From a virus (lineage: Duplodnaviria; Caudoviricetes), in the IMG/VR virus record IMGVR_UViG_3300017716_002286, positions 1 to 29,774 of that record: DNA of 29,774 bases; one strand, 5' to 3'. Both the position numbers and the translations under genes were made by a program. The notes below the pieces were generated by a model that made no database searches, had not been told where the DNA came from, and saw only the letters and a program-made list of their open reading frames with translations. How positions within the stretch are numbered: position 1 is the first letter of the stretch; every line of letters begins with the position of its first letter. Positions 27,681-29,774 of this stretch are shown piece by piece.

Positions 27681-27716
27681 ATAGTTGCATAATTGATAAT
27701 TAATAGTTATATTGTA
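27681..27716 (+). promoter_or_regulatory. Promoter copy 6 (ATAGTTGCA-N18-TATATTGTA)
   Basis: TAGTTGCA 27682-27689 and TATATTGTA 27708-27716, upstream of the 27787 ORF. Confidence 0.7.
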
Positions 27717-27746
27717 TAGGGATGTTTATAATCCCTATATTTATTT
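27715..27746 (+). terminator. Hairpin, possible terminator for the tail operon
   Basis: TATAGGGAT (27715-27723) and ATCCCTATA (27731-27739) form a perfect 9-bp stem, followed by TTTATTT. Confidence 0.45.
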
Positions 27747-27786
27747 ATAGCTAAAGTAAAGGGTTGCTATAATAAAAAAAATTATA

Positions 27787-29774
27787 ATGAAGAGAATATC
27801 AAAATATAAAGGTAAAAAACTTCCAAGATATTTAAATGGGGGTGAAATAACTTCAGAAGCTGATTATAATAAAAGATTACTTCTTAAAAATAAAAGTAAA
27901 GAAGAACTTAATGAACAAAATGCTTGGATAATTAAAAGAAACAAAAAAATAAATACTGAACAAAAACTAGATAACTATTTAGGCAATCCTTTAGATAGAG
28001 CACATGTAGGTGCTACTGATTTTCTTCATCCTGAAGAAGATGAAAAAGATAATTTAAGACATTCATTAGCTGGTAGATATGTAACAGAAGCTATTGCTAA
28101 TAAAACAGGTAATATACCTTTTATATCTAAAGGGTTAGGAGTATTAGGAGCTAATGTTTTAGGAGTTGCTCATGAATTATATAATTTTCCAGGAGATACA
28201 AGAGATTTGAAAACTAAACTTAGAGAATCGGGAGAAGATATGTTTAATAATTTTGCTGGTTCTATGGTAGGAGCTTCTACTTTAAATACTGCTCAAAAAA
28301 ATAGAGTATCTATGGATTTAGCAAATAAAGTTTTACCTGATGGTTATGGAGAAACAGACCCTTTTAGAAAAGGGCTTACAAATAATTATGCTTTACCTAA
28401 ACATGCTCAAGGTGGTAAAATAGATACTTATAAAAATCCTGGATCTACAGATATTGTAACACCTCCCCAAGAACCTTTGGATGTTTATATGACAAAACTG
28501 GGAGTTTTAAAAAGTGAACAGGAAAGAGTTAATCAAGTAAGAAATAATATTATACCTACTGCACAAACAATTGATAATAATCCAAATCCACAAACTTTTT
28601 TACGTGGAGCTCCAACAGAGGGTAACTTTTGTAATGCCTATACTGGAGAATGTTATAATAGAGCAGGATTAACTACAGCACAAGATTTTTTATTAAATGG
28701 TAGAACTGTTAAAGCAGGTTCTTCTATGCCAATGATTCCAGGAAACCTTCAACAAGAAAGTGTTTTAAATCAAGAGGGTTTTGTACAAGTTCCTTTAAGT
28801 GAAATACAACCTGGAGATAATATTAAAAAACAATATTATTCTAAGGGTTTACCTTGGCAAGGCCCTGTTAATCCAAATGCACAACCACATTGGATTTCTG
28901 GTCACAGTATGATTTATAAAGGGCCTGGTGCAAATAATACACAAGAAGTTTATAATAGTCCAGGAGATAGAAATACTTTTGAAAAAAGAACTTTTCAAAG
29001 TAAAGATTGGGTAGGAAATATAAATAATCCTAAAGAGCAAGATTCTAGGTTAATAGCCTATCGTTATGTAGGTAATATTCCAGAATTAGAAAAACAAACA
29101 GTTGAAGCTAGAAAAGCATCACTAGCTAATAGTAAACCTTTACAGTCAATAAATATTAATTATAATAATAAACCGCAAGAACTACAACTAAAAATACCTA
29201 ATTTTAAGGCATTGTTTAATGAGGAAAGACAAAATATAAATAACTCAAAGATGGGTGCTAAAAAGAAGGCAGAAATGCTTTTAAGTATTGATCAAAGAGA
29301 AAAAGAACAGTTAGGAATGTATCAATCAAATGAACAACCAACTACAATTAACCAGACTAAACAATCTAATCAATATAAATATGGAGGGTATAATACATCT
29401 TCTATAAACAATAATATCATAAGTAAGAACAATAAACCATGTTGTGATGAAAAAGGAAATCTAAAGAAAAAAAGAGGATTACCATATACACAATTTGCAA
29501 TAGGTGGCGAAGTAGATACAGATCCTGATGGTAGTGAAACTAAAGCAAATCCAATGCTTATACAAGCTTTTCAACAAAGTTTGGCTAATCAAAAAATTAA
29601 TGAGCAAAAAGCAATTGATGCAAAAAATCAAGTAGTACCTTACTCTTGGTCTCCTTCTGGTCCATATGGTCCTGTAAAAGATGTAACATCTGCAACACCA
29701 ACTTATAGAGGTATAGATGTATCTGAACGTGCTATAGAACAAAGTAAATTACGTAAAGAAGAAAAAGATAGACA
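27787..29774 (+). CDS. Large multidomain putative virion cargo/ejection protein, truncated at the right edge: lipocone/DUF6973-like domain plus NlpC/P60-CHAP-like domain
   Basis: Manual translation MKRISKYKGKKLPRYLNGG... is open for 662 codons to the window edge. Motifs DNLRH..AHE..EDMFNNFAG and FCNAY..QPGD..GHSMIY..AYRY. Position after the muzzle gene is where crAss-like cargo genes lie. Confidence 0.85.
   Translation, partial: MKRISKYKGKKLPRYLNGGEITSEADYNKRLLLKNKSKEELNEQNAWIIKRNKKINTEQKLDNYLGNPLDRAHVGATDFLHPEEDEKDNLRHSLAGRYVTEAIANKTGNIPFISKGLGVLGANVLGVAHELYNFPGDTRDLKTKLRESGEDMFNNFAGSMVGASTLNTAQKNRVSMDLANKVLPDGYGETDPFRKGLTNNYALPKHAQGGKIDTYKNPGSTDIVTPPQEPLDVYMTKLGVLKSEQERVNQVRNNIIPTAQTIDNNPNPQTFLRGAPTEGNFCNAYTGECYNRAGLTTAQDFLLNGRTVKAGSSMPMIPGNLQQESVLNQEGFVQVPLSEIQPGDNIKKQYYSKGLPWQGPVNPNAQPHWISGHSMIYKGPGANNTQEVYNSPGDRNTFEKRTFQSKDWVGNINNPKEQDSRLIAYRYVGNIPELEKQTVEARKASLANSKPLQSININYNNKPQELQLKIPNFKALFNEERQNINNSKMGAKKKAEMLLSIDQREKEQLGMYQSNEQPTTINQTKQSNQYKYGGYNTSSINNNIISKNNKPCCDEKGNLKKKRGLPYTQFAIGGEVDTDPDGSETKANPMLIQAFQQSLANQKINEQKAIDAKNQVVPYSWSPSGPYGPVKDVTSATPTYRGIDVSERAIEQSKLRKEEKDR

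Noticed and set aside
2183-29742. Other short minus-strand and nested alternative-frame ORFs in the track
   Set aside because: All lie within or across stronger plus-strand genes, including the two opposite the 27787 ORF, and have low-complexity F/L/I/S-rich translations.
1-29774. CRISPR array, tRNAs, DGR template/variable repeats, integrase or IS elements
   Set aside because: No regularly spaced repeats, cloverleaf/CCA patterns, long near-identical adenine-variant repeat pairs, or recombinase/RT/transposase motifs were seen by eye.

Overview
AT-rich bacteriophage DNA containing the virion-morphogenesis (late) module of a crAss-like (Crassvirales-type) podophage, most likely with a Bacteroidota host: leaders are A-rich without Shine-Dalgarno sites, and one promoter carries an exact TAnnTTTG box. 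Almost all genes are on the + strand. In order: small genes (Cys-rich, wHTH, HU/IHF-like, HExxH zincin), terminase large subunit, portal, acidic scaffold-like protein, major capsid protein, ring/auxiliary capsid/hub/fibre genes, an embedded lysis cassette, more ring proteins, an IHF-like gene and a 1438-aa muzzle/tail-stabilisation protein. Two ORFs run off the window edges and are missing from the supplied track: a leftward gene starting at 181 and a >662-aa protein starting at 27787. Three things stand out. (1) A ~420-nt non-coding, heavily base-paired region with its own promoter (about 1218-1640), a candidate undescribed large ncRNA. (2) The 27787 protein is a string of enzyme-like modules (a lipocone/DUF6973-like domain, then an NlpC/P60-CHAP-like domain) separated by repeated [YFH]xxGG motifs. 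(3) A six-copy promoter motif, ATAGTTG(C/T)A-N18-TAnnTT, three copies of which have an ATG at exactly the same offset, suggesting leaderless mRNAs. All family assignments come from motif recognition and gene order by eye; no database searches were run.
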